A stretch of 32,000 nt of DNA from Rariglobus sp. (GTDB taxonomy: Bacteria > Verrucomicrobiota > Verrucomicrobiia > Opitutales > Opitutaceae). Below are positions 22,224-29,268 of this stretch, piece after piece. The translations under genes were made by a program, and so were the position numbers. Under the pieces are notes generated by a model. That model was given only the letters and a program-made list of their open reading frames with translations. It was not told the origin of the DNA and did not search any database. The number at the start of each line of letters is the position of its first letter. Position 1 is the stretch's first letter. The stretch covers positions 1 through 32,000 of the forward strand of contig JANODO010000050.1 in assembly GCA_031412735.1 (NCBI GenBank). The letters run 5' to 3'.

Positions 22224-23511
22224 CGCCCGCGTCGCCGAACAGTTCACCAGCTACTGCCGTTTCCTCTGGAAGGCCGTCTGCGACGCCACCGACGGCTCGT
22301 GGTGGTTCTACGCATGGATGATCCTGCTCACCGCGCTCTCGCTTACGGGATTGCACGCGTGGGCGGTGCAGGTGCGCGACGGCCTCATCGTCACCGGGAT
22401 GAGCGATCATGTGTCGTGGGGGCTGTATATCGCCAATTTCACGTTCATGGTCGGCCTCGCGGCGGGTGGCGTGATGATGGTGATCCCGGCGTATCTGTAT
22501 CACGACCACGAGATGCACGACCTGACCATCGTGGGCGAGTTGCTGGCGGTGGCGGCCATCGTGATGAGCATCTGTTTCGTCGTGGTCGATATGGGCCGGC
22601 CGGAGCGGTTCTGGCACATGTTCCCTATCGTGGGGCGCTTCAACTGGCCGGTCTCAATGCTCACGTGGGACGTGCTGGTGTTGAACGGCTACCTCGGCCT
22701 CAACCTGCACATCTGCGGTTATCTCCTCTACAAGCGGTTTCGCTGCGAACGGCCGAACTCGAAGTGGTATGTGCCCTTCGTGTATCTCTCGATTTTTTGG
22801 GCGATCTCCATCCACACGGTGACGGCGTTTCTTTATTCGGGTCTTGGGGGGCGTCCGCTGTGGAATACCGCGTTGCTGGCGCCGCGCTTCCTGGTGACCG
22901 CGTTTATTGCGGGGCCGGCGTTTATCATCGTGCTGCTCTTTATCCTGCGACGCTTCGGGGGCGTGCCGATTGCGGCGAGACCGGTGCAGGTGCTGGTGAA
23001 TATCGTGCGGGTGACGCTGCTTATCAATTTGCTCATGGTGGCGTCGGAGTTGTTCACCGAATTGTATGCGGGCGGGGCGCATACCGCGTCGTCGCATTAT
23101 TTGTTTTTCGGGCTTCACGGGGCCAATGCGCTGGTGCCGTGGATTTGGAGTGCGGTGGCGATGGGTATCATCGCTACGGTGATGTTCCTGCGGCCTGGCG
23201 TGGCGGGGCGTCCGGTGTGGCTCACGTTGGCCTGCGTGTTGGCGTTTGCCGGCATCTGGATTGAAAAAGGCATGGGCTTGATTGTGCCGGCGTTCATCCC
23301 CTCGACGTTGCATGAGATCGTGGAGTATTTCCCGAGTTTGGTGGAGTGGCAGATCATGGCGGGCATCTGGGCCTGGGGCCTGCTCATCCTCACCGTGATG
23401 CTAAAAATCGCGCTGCCCATCCTGCGCCAGCCGCATCCCGAGGAGAATTTCCCAACGAGGGTTTGCGCCACTTCGCCGGCCGGTAACACTGGAGGCCATT
23501 CGCATTTATGA
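22216..23511 (+). CDS. NrfD/PsrC-family polytopic membrane quinol-interacting subunit
   Basis: 431 aa with about 10 hydrophobic helices (WMILLTALSLTGLHAW, GLYIANFTFMVGLAAGGVMMVIPAY, and others). It is translationally overlapped with the FeS gene upstream and with the Rrf2 gene downstream. Confidence 0.82.
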   Translation: MNNARVAEQFTSYCRFLWKAVCDATDGSWWFYAWMILLTALSLTGLHAWAVQVRDGLIVTGMSDHVSWGLYIANFTFMVGLAAGGVMMVIPAYLYHDHEMHDLTIVGELLAVAAIVMSICFVVVDMGRPERFWHMFPIVGRFNWPVSMLTWDVLVLNGYLGLNLHICGYLLYKRFRCERPNSKWYVPFVYLSIFWAISIHTVTAFLYSGLGGRPLWNTALLAPRFLVTAFIAGPAFIIVLLFILRRFGGVPIAARPVQVLVNIVRVTLLINLLMVASELFTELYAGGAHTASSHYLFFGLHGANALVPWIWSAVAMGIIATVMFLRPGVAGRPVWLTLACVLAFAGIWIEKGMGLIVPAFIPSTLHEIVEYFPSLVEWQIMAGIWAWGLLILTVMLKIALPILRQPHPEENFPTRVCATSPAGNTGGHSHL

Positions 23512-23933
23512 TCCGCTTCGGTAAAACCGCCCAGACCGCCATCTCCGCCATGAGCTTGCTCGCGGAGGTTTACGACGGTGGGAAAACCAAGTTGAGTTCG
23601 CTGGAGATTGCGGAACGGCGCGGGTTGCCGCAGCCCGTGGTCGCCAAGGTTCTCACGATCGTCTCCTCGCTCGGGTTGGTGGACGGCACGCGTGGACCGG
23701 GCGGCGGTTATTGGTTGCGCAAGCCGCCGGAGAAAATTGCGTTACTCGACATCGTGGAGGAATTCGAACGGCAGGACAGCCGTATCATGTGTCCCTTTGG
23801 GCCGGATTGGTGTGGGCATGGCGCGCCGTGTCCGATGCACGACTCGCTGGCGCGGATGGACAACGAGTGGACGACTTACCTTCGCGATACGCGGTTGAGT
23901 GTGTTTCAGAAAACGGCTGCGGCTAAACGCTGA
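23508..23933 (+). CDS. Rrf2-family transcriptional regulator (NsrR/IscR-like, three C-terminal Cys)
   Basis: The N-terminal wHTH is AISAMSLLAEVYDGGKTKLSSLEIAERRGLPQPVVAKVLTIVSSLGLVDGTRGPGGGYWL. The Cys ligand region is CPFGPDWCGHGAPCPMH. The ATG overlaps the NrfD-like stop (ATGA). Confidence 0.85.
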   Translation: MIRFGKTAQTAISAMSLLAEVYDGGKTKLSSLEIAERRGLPQPVVAKVLTIVSSLGLVDGTRGPGGGYWLRKPPEKIALLDIVEEFERQDSRIMCPFGPDWCGHGAPCPMHDSLARMDNEWTTYLRDTRLSVFQKTAAAKR

Positions 23934-23950
23934 AGCGAAACCGAGGCGCT

Positions 23951-24622
23951 TTATTCGGGGTGGGCGTGGGTGCGCAGTAATTTTTCCCCTGTCCAGACTG
24001 CGATAAAAGCGAGCAGGGCGGAGATAGCGACCATGACGAGTGCGGGGCCGTCTTGCCCGAGTTGCACGTGATGATAGATGCCGAGCGCGAGCGTGACCGT
24101 TTGGCCCGGGATGAAGCCGGCGACCATCACCGTGGCGCCAAATTCGCCGAGTGCACGGGCAAAGGCCAACACCCCGCCGGCGACCAAGCCGCGCGCGGCC
24201 AGCGGCAGGGTGATGCGCAAAAACACCTGCCAGGAACCCGCTCCGAGGGTGCGCGCGGATTCTTCGACATGGCGCGGGACCTCTTCCAAGGCGACGCGGG
24301 CGGTGCGCACAAATAACGGCAGCGCCATCGCCGCGGTGGCGAGCACCACGGCTTTCCACGTGAAGATGATGTCGGTCTCGAAGACATCGTGGAGTAACGA
24401 GCCAAAGGGTCCCTGCCGGCCAAAGAGTTTGAGGAGAACCAGACCGGTTGCGACCGGGGGAATCACCAGCGGGAGGGCGATTACCGTTTCGATTACTGCT
24501 TTGCCCGGCCAGGTGCGCCTCGCGAGCAACCAGGCGAGGGCTAATCCGGGAGGTAACACCAGCAATGTGCCGAGCGCGGCGACACCAAGCGTGAACAGCG
24601 TGATGGCAGCGACGTCTTCCAT
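23951..24622 (-). CDS. modB: molybdate ABC transporter permease ModB
   Basis: LPLVIPPVATGLVLL and the EAA-loop region EESARTLGAGSWQVFLRITLPLAARGL ... ALGEFGATVMVAG match ModB. ATG 24622 overlaps the modA stop. Confidence 0.9.
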   Translation of the reverse strand: MEDVAAITLFTLGVAALGTLLVLPPGLALAWLLARRTWPGKAVIETVIALPLVIPPVATGLVLLKLFGRQGPFGSLLHDVFETDIIFTWKAVVLATAAMALPLFVRTARVALEEVPRHVEESARTLGAGSWQVFLRITLPLAARGLVAGGVLAFARALGEFGATVMVAGFIPGQTVTLALGIYHHVQLGQDGPALVMVAISALLAFIAVWTGEKLLRTHAHPE

Positions 24623-25371
24623 CAGGGGACGGACAAAAACCCATGTCGGACAAAAACCGCCTGAGCCTCGGAAGCTGCGAGCCACTCCACGAAGTGCCGG
24701 GCGGTGTCCGCGGCAGCGGTGGAATTGATCACCGCGATCGGATACGTTATGACGGGACCTTCGGAGCGGGGGATTTCGAGACCGATCGTCACTTTGGAGG
24801 AGGCAAGGGCGTCAGTTTTGTAAACAAAGCCGGCATCCGCGTTGCCGGTCTCGACGGCTGCAAGCACGGCGCGGACGTTGTCGAGTTGGACGAATTTGGG
24901 CTGGAGGGTGTCCCACAATTTGATCTTCCGGAGATATTCACTGGCATAGGTGCCCGCCGGCACAGTGGCGGGAATGCCCAGTGCGATACGCCGGGTGGCG
25001 GGTTGGGTGAGCGCGTCCAGCGAGGGGAGGGGTGGGGCGTCGGCCCCAACGACCACGACCAAGGTGTTGGCCAGGAGGATGCGGCGGGTGCCGGGGAGGA
25101 GGAGACCGGCCTCGTCGAGTTGATTAAGGCGTAATGCATCGGCCGATACGAGAATGTCGGCGGGCGCACCCTCTTTGATTTGGCGAGCGAGCACGCCGGA
25201 AGCGCCAAAATTGAAACGCAGGGTATGGCCCGAGGTTTTCGCATAAAGCGGGGTGAGCTCCTTAAGAGCATCCGTGAGACTGGCGGCGGCGTAAACGGTA
25301 AGCTCCGCAGCGGAGGCGGGAATCAGGCCGAGCAAAAGAGTGATGAGCCCGCAGAGGGCGCGTGGTTTCAT
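24622..25371 (-). CDS. modA: molybdate ABC transporter substrate-binding protein ModA
   Basis: Signal peptide MKPRALCGLITLLLGLIPASA, then LTVYAAASLTDALKEL ... FNFGASGVLARQIKEGAPADILVSAD ... GFVYKTDA, typical of ModA. Confidence 0.9.
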   Translation of the reverse strand: MKPRALCGLITLLLGLIPASAAELTVYAAASLTDALKELTPLYAKTSGHTLRFNFGASGVLARQIKEGAPADILVSADALRLNQLDEAGLLLPGTRRILLANTLVVVVGADAPPLPSLDALTQPATRRIALGIPATVPAGTYASEYLRKIKLWDTLQPKFVQLDNVRAVLAAVETGNADAGFVYKTDALASSKVTIGLEIPRSEGPVITYPIAVINSTAAADTARHFVEWLAASEAQAVFVRHGFLSVP

Positions 25372-25395
25372 CGGCGTCGAGGTTTTGGTGCGCAG

Positions 25396-25421
25396 CCGTT
25401 ATATTCAATTAAATATAACGG
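25396..25421. promoter_or_regulatory. ModE-type operator palindrome upstream of modA
   Basis: CCGTTATATT-CAATTA-AATATAACGG has perfect 10-bp inverted arms, 25 nt upstream of the modA ATG. It reads CGT-TATAT-N7-AATAT-AACG, matching my recollection of the E. coli modA operator architecture (CGTTATAT ... ATAACG, TATAT-N7-TAYAT). Confidence 0.6.
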
Positions 25422-25440
25422 ATTATGCTTTGGTTGCGGC

Positions 25441-25794
25441 TCACGGCTTGAGCAGCCGCGCAAAGCCACGGGTGGATTTTTCGCAGGCCGACTGGGCGGC
25501 GGACTCCATTTCCCGGTAGAGCCGGAGAACTTCGCGGCCGGTGGCGGAGAGGGTGGCCCCGCCCTTGGTTTTACCGCCGCGGGCTTTGAGGACGAGGGGC
25601 TCGGCGAAGGCGGTGTCGAGGCTCTTCACGATCTGCCAGGCGCGCATGTAGGACATCTCCATCGTCTTGGCGGCTTCGCTGATGGAGCCGGTGGCGTCGA
25701 TGCGTGCGAGGAGCTCGGCCTTGCCCGGGCCGAAGGCGAAGCGGCGGCCGGCGTTGAGGCGAATCCTGGCTTCGACCGTGAGAGGGGCTGACAT
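25441..25794 (-). CDS. ModE N-terminal-domain-like winged-helix regulator (no Mop/TOBE domains)
   Basis: 117 aa. FGPGKAELLARIDATGSISEAAKTMEMSYMRAWQIVKSLDTAFAEPLVLKARGGKTKGGATLSATGREVLRLY matches the ModE/LysR-type HTH N-domain. It is immediately upstream of modAB. Confidence 0.72.
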   Translation of the reverse strand: MSAPLTVEARIRLNAGRRFAFGPGKAELLARIDATGSISEAAKTMEMSYMRAWQIVKSLDTAFAEPLVLKARGGKTKGGATLSATGREVLRLYREMESAAQSACEKSTRGFARLLKP

Positions 25795-25915
25795 AAAAGT
25801 CAGGGTGGGGATCGCGGAGCGCACCTGCAAGCAGGCGGCCTACGGATTGGGAGACATACGCACGGCGCAGGCTTTGTAATACCAGTTATAGCATGAAATG
25901 AGACTTTCGTCTGGT

Positions 25916-25973
25916 GTAGGCCCGACCGGTGGTCGGGCGTCTCCTAGAAACCCCGACCACCGGTCGGGGCTAC
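25916..25973. repeat. REPIN-like inverted doublet of a GTAG-headed REP (CCCGACCGGTGGTCGGG core)
   Basis: GTAGGCCCGACCGGTGGTCGGG (25916-25937) faces CCCCGACCACCGGTCGGGGCTAC (25951-25973). Each unit is itself a hairpin, CCCGACC-GGT-GGTCGGG. Confidence 0.85.
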
Positions 25974-26032
25974 ATCGGGGCATGCTAAAGTCCGGCGCGA
26001 GTGCGGGTTGAGTGCGGGAACGCCTGCGTCGT

Positions 26033-26647
26033 TCAGCAGCGCACGGGTATCACCATCTGTGCGCGCCGCAGCCAGCTGATCATCATCGGCGTGGCCACCA
26101 AGGCGGTGTCAACGCCCAGCCAAGGGCTCGTATTGAGGAAAAGAAAGCCAAGCACCGCTGTCACCATCGCGGCAACCAGGTAGCCGGCGCCGAAACTACT
26201 GAAAGCCACCGCGGCCGTAACGCCGATAACGATGGCGGACAGCGCCACGATCCACGGTAGCAGGGCCAGCATCATACCGGCCAAAAATCCCGAAGGAGAC
26301 AGGCACTCCCCATCCTTGCTGCCGCGGGCTGTCTGCACCCAGAGCATCACGAAGAGGATAAAGAAGGTTGCGATTAAACAAAGAATCCGTTGCGGCGCGG
26401 CTGCACCTGGAGCGGTCGAAAACGCGTCACGAATCAAGAAGGCGGCCACGAAGCCCCGCACCGGATCAATCCATACCAAGGGTAGTTTCCACCAGCGGCG
26501 ACGGCGCTGAGCGGGTTTGTCCCTTGGGAACAGGCGCTGGAGCAACCCTTCCAGGTCGAGATAGCGACACTCGCTATTGAGCAAAAGCTTGGGCGGTATT
26601 AACCCGAAAAAAAGGCCGCAGAGCAGGGGAAGCCAATTGATAATCAT
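26033..26647 (-). CDS. hypothetical integral membrane protein
   Basis: 204-aa ATG ORF with several hydrophobic helices and a basic loop (QRRRRWWKLP). Lower GC than the surroundings. No family recognised. Confidence 0.5.
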   Translation of the reverse strand: MIINWLPLLCGLFFGLIPPKLLLNSECRYLDLEGLLQRLFPRDKPAQRRRRWWKLPLVWIDPVRGFVAAFLIRDAFSTAPGAAAPQRILCLIATFFILFVMLWVQTARGSKDGECLSPSGFLAGMMLALLPWIVALSAIVIGVTAAVAFSSFGAGYLVAAMVTAVLGFLFLNTSPWLGVDTALVATPMMISWLRRAQMVIPVRC

Positions 26648-26819
26648 GTCGAGGATGCCGGTCCAAAGAACCAGTGTGAAAGCGCGGTTTCATTCCGTAG
26701 GCAAGGATTCATTGGCGGCTGCGACGGTTAGGCTAGTCCGCCAAAGCTCCGTTACTCCCCGAGCGTGCGAATGGAGGACCGACGATCTCGTCGGGCCTTT
26801 GTGCTGAGAGGCCTCGGGG

Positions 26820-27755
26820 CTACACGGCAGCCAAGGATTTGTCCCGCGCGCCCAATTTAGCCGTCGCCTGCTGGCACAGTCTCTTAAACGTGCGGAGAGC
26901 GAGGTTGGGAACCGTCCACTGCGTGTGCACGAAGGCCCACGTGCGCTCAAGCCGGAGACCCTCAATCGGCCGGGTGACAAGCATGCCATTGTTCGGCACA
27001 TGCTCCAGAACCCAGTCCGGCATGAGGGCGACGCCTTGGCCGAGTTTCACCATCTCACACACGGCCGCCGTGCTGCCGACCTCCACGCAGTCGCTGAACT
27101 CGACGCCCTTCCGGCTCATCTGCTGCTGCAGCGCCTTGGTGGTGTGGCTCTGCGCACGAGCCACCAGCAGCGTCTTGGACGACAGGCTGCGCAAGGGAAT
27201 CAGATCGAGCGACGCCTGCGGATTGCGCACGTTGATCAGGAGCTTCAGCTCGTCGTCGAAAAGTTTCTGGTAGGTGTATTCGTGGCCGTCGTCCGGTGGT
27301 TCGACGATCACGGCGGCGTCCACCTCACGCTCCCAGAGAAGCTGCAAACTCGCGTCGCGTTCCGCCGCGCGGATGCTGATGTTCACGTGAGGGAAGCACT
27401 CGTTGAATTCACGGACCACGTCGGGCGCGATGTAGCTGAGAAAATTAAACCCGACGGCGATCTTCAGCGTGGTGCGGTCGGCGAGATCCTCACCGGAAAG
27501 CGAGGCGCGGATGTTATCCATGCGGGCGACGAGCGGCAGTGCTTTACGATAAAGCAGGGTGCCTTTTTCGGTGAGCACGAGGCCCTTGCCGGAGCGATGA
27601 AACAGCTGGACGCCGAGGTTTTCTTCGAGGCTGGTGATGGCGTGGCTGACCGCTGAATTGGTGAGAGACAGTTCGGGTGCGGCCGATTTTAGGCTACCCT
27701 TTTGCGCGAGGCAGAGGAAAATCTGCAGTTTGCGACTATCGATTGGTTCTTTCAC
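26820..27755 (-). CDS. LysR-family transcriptional regulator
   Basis: The N-terminal HTH is KLQIFLCLAQKGSLKSAAPELSLTNSAVSHAITSLEENLGVQLFHRSGKGLVLTEKG, followed by a typical LTTR effector domain of about 200 aa. GTG start. Confidence 0.9.
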   Translation of the reverse strand: MKEPIDSRKLQIFLCLAQKGSLKSAAPELSLTNSAVSHAITSLEENLGVQLFHRSGKGLVLTEKGTLLYRKALPLVARMDNIRASLSGEDLADRTTLKIAVGFNFLSYIAPDVVREFNECFPHVNISIRAAERDASLQLLWEREVDAAVIVEPPDDGHEYTYQKLFDDELKLLINVRNPQASLDLIPLRSLSSKTLLVARAQSHTTKALQQQMSRKGVEFSDCVEVGSTAAVCEMVKLGQGVALMPDWVLEHVPNNGMLVTRPIEGLRLERTWAFVHTQWTVPNLALRTFKRLCQQATAKLGARDKSLAAV

Positions 27756-27829
27756 GGTGGTGGACCACGTTTGGTATGTCCTGTGCTAGCATGTTAGGTG
27801 CCATATTTTTCAACGGCTCCTTCATCGGG

Positions 27830-28798
27830 ATGAAAAAAATCCACCTTAATATCGGGCACATTGGTTTATTGGACGCAGCTCCCTTATTGATCGCTCACGA
27901 AAGGGGATTCTTTGAGGCGGAGGGTTTGAGCGTCTCTCTCTCGTGTGAGCTCGGGCTCGCGACGGTGTTTGGCAAACTTGCAGAAACGCGGTTGGACGGA
28001 GCCTGTATGCCGGTGCAGATGCCGCTGCTCTTGTCGTCGGGCGCGGGCGTCCCGCGCGTATCAATGCAGGCTGCGGTCATCACGTCGTATCAGGGGACGG
28101 GAATCGTGATGTCCAAAGCCAAGCCCGCGTCGCGGGCCGGTGGGGCCGGCCTTCGTATCGGCGTGATCGCTCCGGGATCGTCGGCGCGCCTGTTTTTGCA
28201 TCGGCATCAACAGCTGAATCCAGCCGGCGTTCTGGCGGACGCGACTCTGGTGCCGGTGGTGGCGAGTCAGCTTATTGATTTTTTTCGGGACGGGATGTTC
28301 GATGGATTTTGCGGGATCGACCCGCTGCCAACGCTGGCCGCGTTGCGCTCCGACGTCGTGTGTGTTGCCAACAGCGCGGACCTTTTCCCGATGCATCCCG
28401 GTGGTGTGGTGGCGCTGCGCGCCGAGGTGGTTGAGCGCAATCCCGAGGTGGCGGCGGCGTGGGCGCGCGCGTTGAGGCGCGGCTGCGACGAATGCGCCGA
28501 ACCCGCCCATCAGGCGGAAGTGTGGCGCGTGGTGCTTTCGCAGGGGCCTTACCTGGAGCTCGATGCGGAGTCCCGGAAGGCGTTGTCCCGCGTGCCGGGC
28601 GAGAACGGACCCGGCGGATCAAGTATTCGATTTAAAACTACGGCGAACGAGGCGACGCGGGTGACGGAGCCCGAGGGGTTCATCGACGCGGCGTGTCGGA
28701 GTGCGTTGGGCTCGAGCCTGCGAGGTTTGGACCTCAAGGCGGAGATTGCGCGCGCGTATTTGCTGAAGACCGCGCGAGTGGCTGCGGGTGCACGTTGA
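27830..28798 (+). CDS. NrtA/NasS-like (NMT1/THI5-fold) substrate-binding domain protein without signal peptide
   Basis: MKKIHLNIGHIGLLDAAPLLIAHERGFFEAEGLSV matches the N-terminal block of NrtA/CmpA/NasS proteins (IG.I.L.DAAPL..A.E.GFF...GL). It starts directly with the mature-type fold, which implies a cytoplasmic location. Confidence 0.65.
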   Translation: MKKIHLNIGHIGLLDAAPLLIAHERGFFEAEGLSVSLSCELGLATVFGKLAETRLDGACMPVQMPLLLSSGAGVPRVSMQAAVITSYQGTGIVMSKAKPASRAGGAGLRIGVIAPGSSARLFLHRHQQLNPAGVLADATLVPVVASQLIDFFRDGMFDGFCGIDPLPTLAALRSDVVCVANSADLFPMHPGGVVALRAEVVERNPEVAAAWARALRRGCDECAEPAHQAEVWRVVLSQGPYLELDAESRKALSRVPGENGPGGSSIRFKTTANEATRVTEPEGFIDAACRSALGSSLRGLDLKAEIARAYLLKTARVAAGAR

Positions 28799-28842
28799 CC
28801 GGGGGGGCGGAAGGTGCAGACGCCGGTTCCGGTGAGGGAGCT

Positions 28843-28868
28843 TAGGCCGGACCGGTGGTCAGGCTACA
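28843..28868. repeat. single degenerate copy of the GTAG-headed CCGACCGGTGG REP
   Basis: The minus strand reads GTAGCCTGACCACCGGTCCGGCCTAA, related to the doublet at 25916-25973. Confidence 0.6.
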
Positions 28869-29060
28869 ATCAAGGGATGAGCCCGACCCGCGTTCGGGTT
28901 GATATTGAAACGCGTTCCGATGGGGGGAGTGATACCAACTACGGTTTGCTTTGAGACCATCCGGCCCCGAGCCGAAACCGCTCCGCGACTCCGCTACGTT
29001 CGGCGGCTGCAGCGGAACGGCAGGGCCGTTTCTAAAGTCTTAATTCAAGTCGAACTTTGT

Positions 29061-29108
29061 ATGAGCTTGCTCACGAGAACCGATCATCGCGAGCAAGCTC
29101 GCTCCCAC
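29061..29108. repeat. palindromic GAGCTTGCTC/GAGCAAGCTC element
   Basis: GAGCTTGCTC (29063-29072) and GAGCAAGCTC (29091-29100) are perfect inverted copies, followed by GCTCCCAC. The minus strand reads GTGGGAGCGAGCTTGCTCGCGATG. Confidence 0.75.
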
Positions 29109-29168
29109 GTTAGGAACAGGGGCACCGACCGGGCTAGAACTACAACAATCGAGATCCCTTTCGCGAAG

Positions 29169-29222
29169 GTAGGCAGCCTGCTTGCAGGCGCGGTTCGGAG
29201 CGCGAGCGAACGCGCGGCCTAC
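29169..29222. repeat. GTAGGC ... GCCTAC bounded REP-like element with two internal mini-hairpins
   Basis: GTAGGCAGCCTGCTTGCAGGCG-CGGTTCGGAGCGCGAGCGAACGCGCGGCCTAC. The GCCTGC-TT-GCAGGC core recurs at 25824-25843 (CCTGCAAGCAGGCGGCCTAC) and partly at 30737-30756. Confidence 0.7.
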
Positions 29223-29268
29223 GTGATGATAGCAGTTTAAAAAATTAGAACTTAAGACCCCGGCGGTG

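Noticed and set aside
27776-27792. ATG-N11-CAT (ATGTCCTGTGCTAGCAT) as a LysR T-N11-A box in the divergent LysR/NasS-like intergenic region.
   Set aside because: The dyad is only 3 bp and would easily occur by chance. It is not reported as a feature.
28899-29240. 113-aa plus-strand ORF, and the 103-aa minus-strand ORF (29040-29351), in the gap before the outer membrane factor gene.
   Set aside because: Both are composed of translated palindromic repeat units (for example VGASLLAM and ACKQAAY). No start context or family resemblance is apparent.
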